A stretch of DNA of 53,963 bases from a virus (lineage: Duplodnaviria > Caudoviricetes): positions 1-53,963 of IMG/VR virus record IMGVR_UViG_3300020043_002749. One strand, 5' to 3'. A program made the position numbers and the translations under genes. The first letter of the stretch is position 1, and every line of letters begins with the position of its first letter. Below the pieces are notes generated by a model, which did not search any database, was not told the origin of the DNA, and saw nothing but the letters and a program-made list of their open reading frames with translations. Positions 53,875-53,963 of this stretch are shown here, one piece after another.

Positions 53875-53963
53875 TCCGCTTATTCCTTCCCTCAAGCTTG
53901 CGCCCTAGTCCAGAACGATAGAGACAAAACAAAACCCGCCTAGGGCCTTGCTACCTTCCCGCG

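Noticed and set aside
1-53963. CRISPR array, integrase/att site, phage RNA polymerase, reverse transcriptase/DGR
   Set aside because: No regularly spaced repeats or diagnostic motifs seen; the terminase presumably lies outside the window.

Overview
The window is most of the genome of a lytic, podovirus-like dsDNA phage. The host is probably an alphaproteobacterium, inferred from the promoter style, the class II RNR and a Rhodobacterales-like secreted protein. Two arms converge on one intrinsic terminator at ~20.6 kb. The + arm (1-20.6 kb) carries the 5'-truncated portal, an HNH endonuclease, scaffold, major capsid, tail, lysis cassette and internal virion proteins. The - arm (20.6-54 kb) carries early small genes, two tRNAs, a phiEco32/PA11-type peptide-ligase cluster (amidoligase, COOH-NH2 ligase, two glutamine amidotransferases, ATP-grasp, gamma-glutamyl cyclotransferase), primase-helicase, an ECF-like sigma factor, a family A DNA polymerase and nucleotide-metabolism genes (intein-containing NrdJ, ThyX, MazG-like, PhoH). 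No integrase, RNA polymerase or CRISPR array is visible. The most striking unexplained signal is a set of 12 small proteins from three apparently unrelated sequence families. All end in the same C-terminal tag, [LI]-[ES]-D-[YFW]-x-stop, and they sit in two arrays flanking the peptide-ligase cluster. Other notable signals are a 72-bp promoter-like element present twice and antisense to its neighbours, an HNH that duplicated the portal C-terminus, and an HNH-type intein in the RNR active site. All family assignments come from motif recognition by eye; no searches were run.
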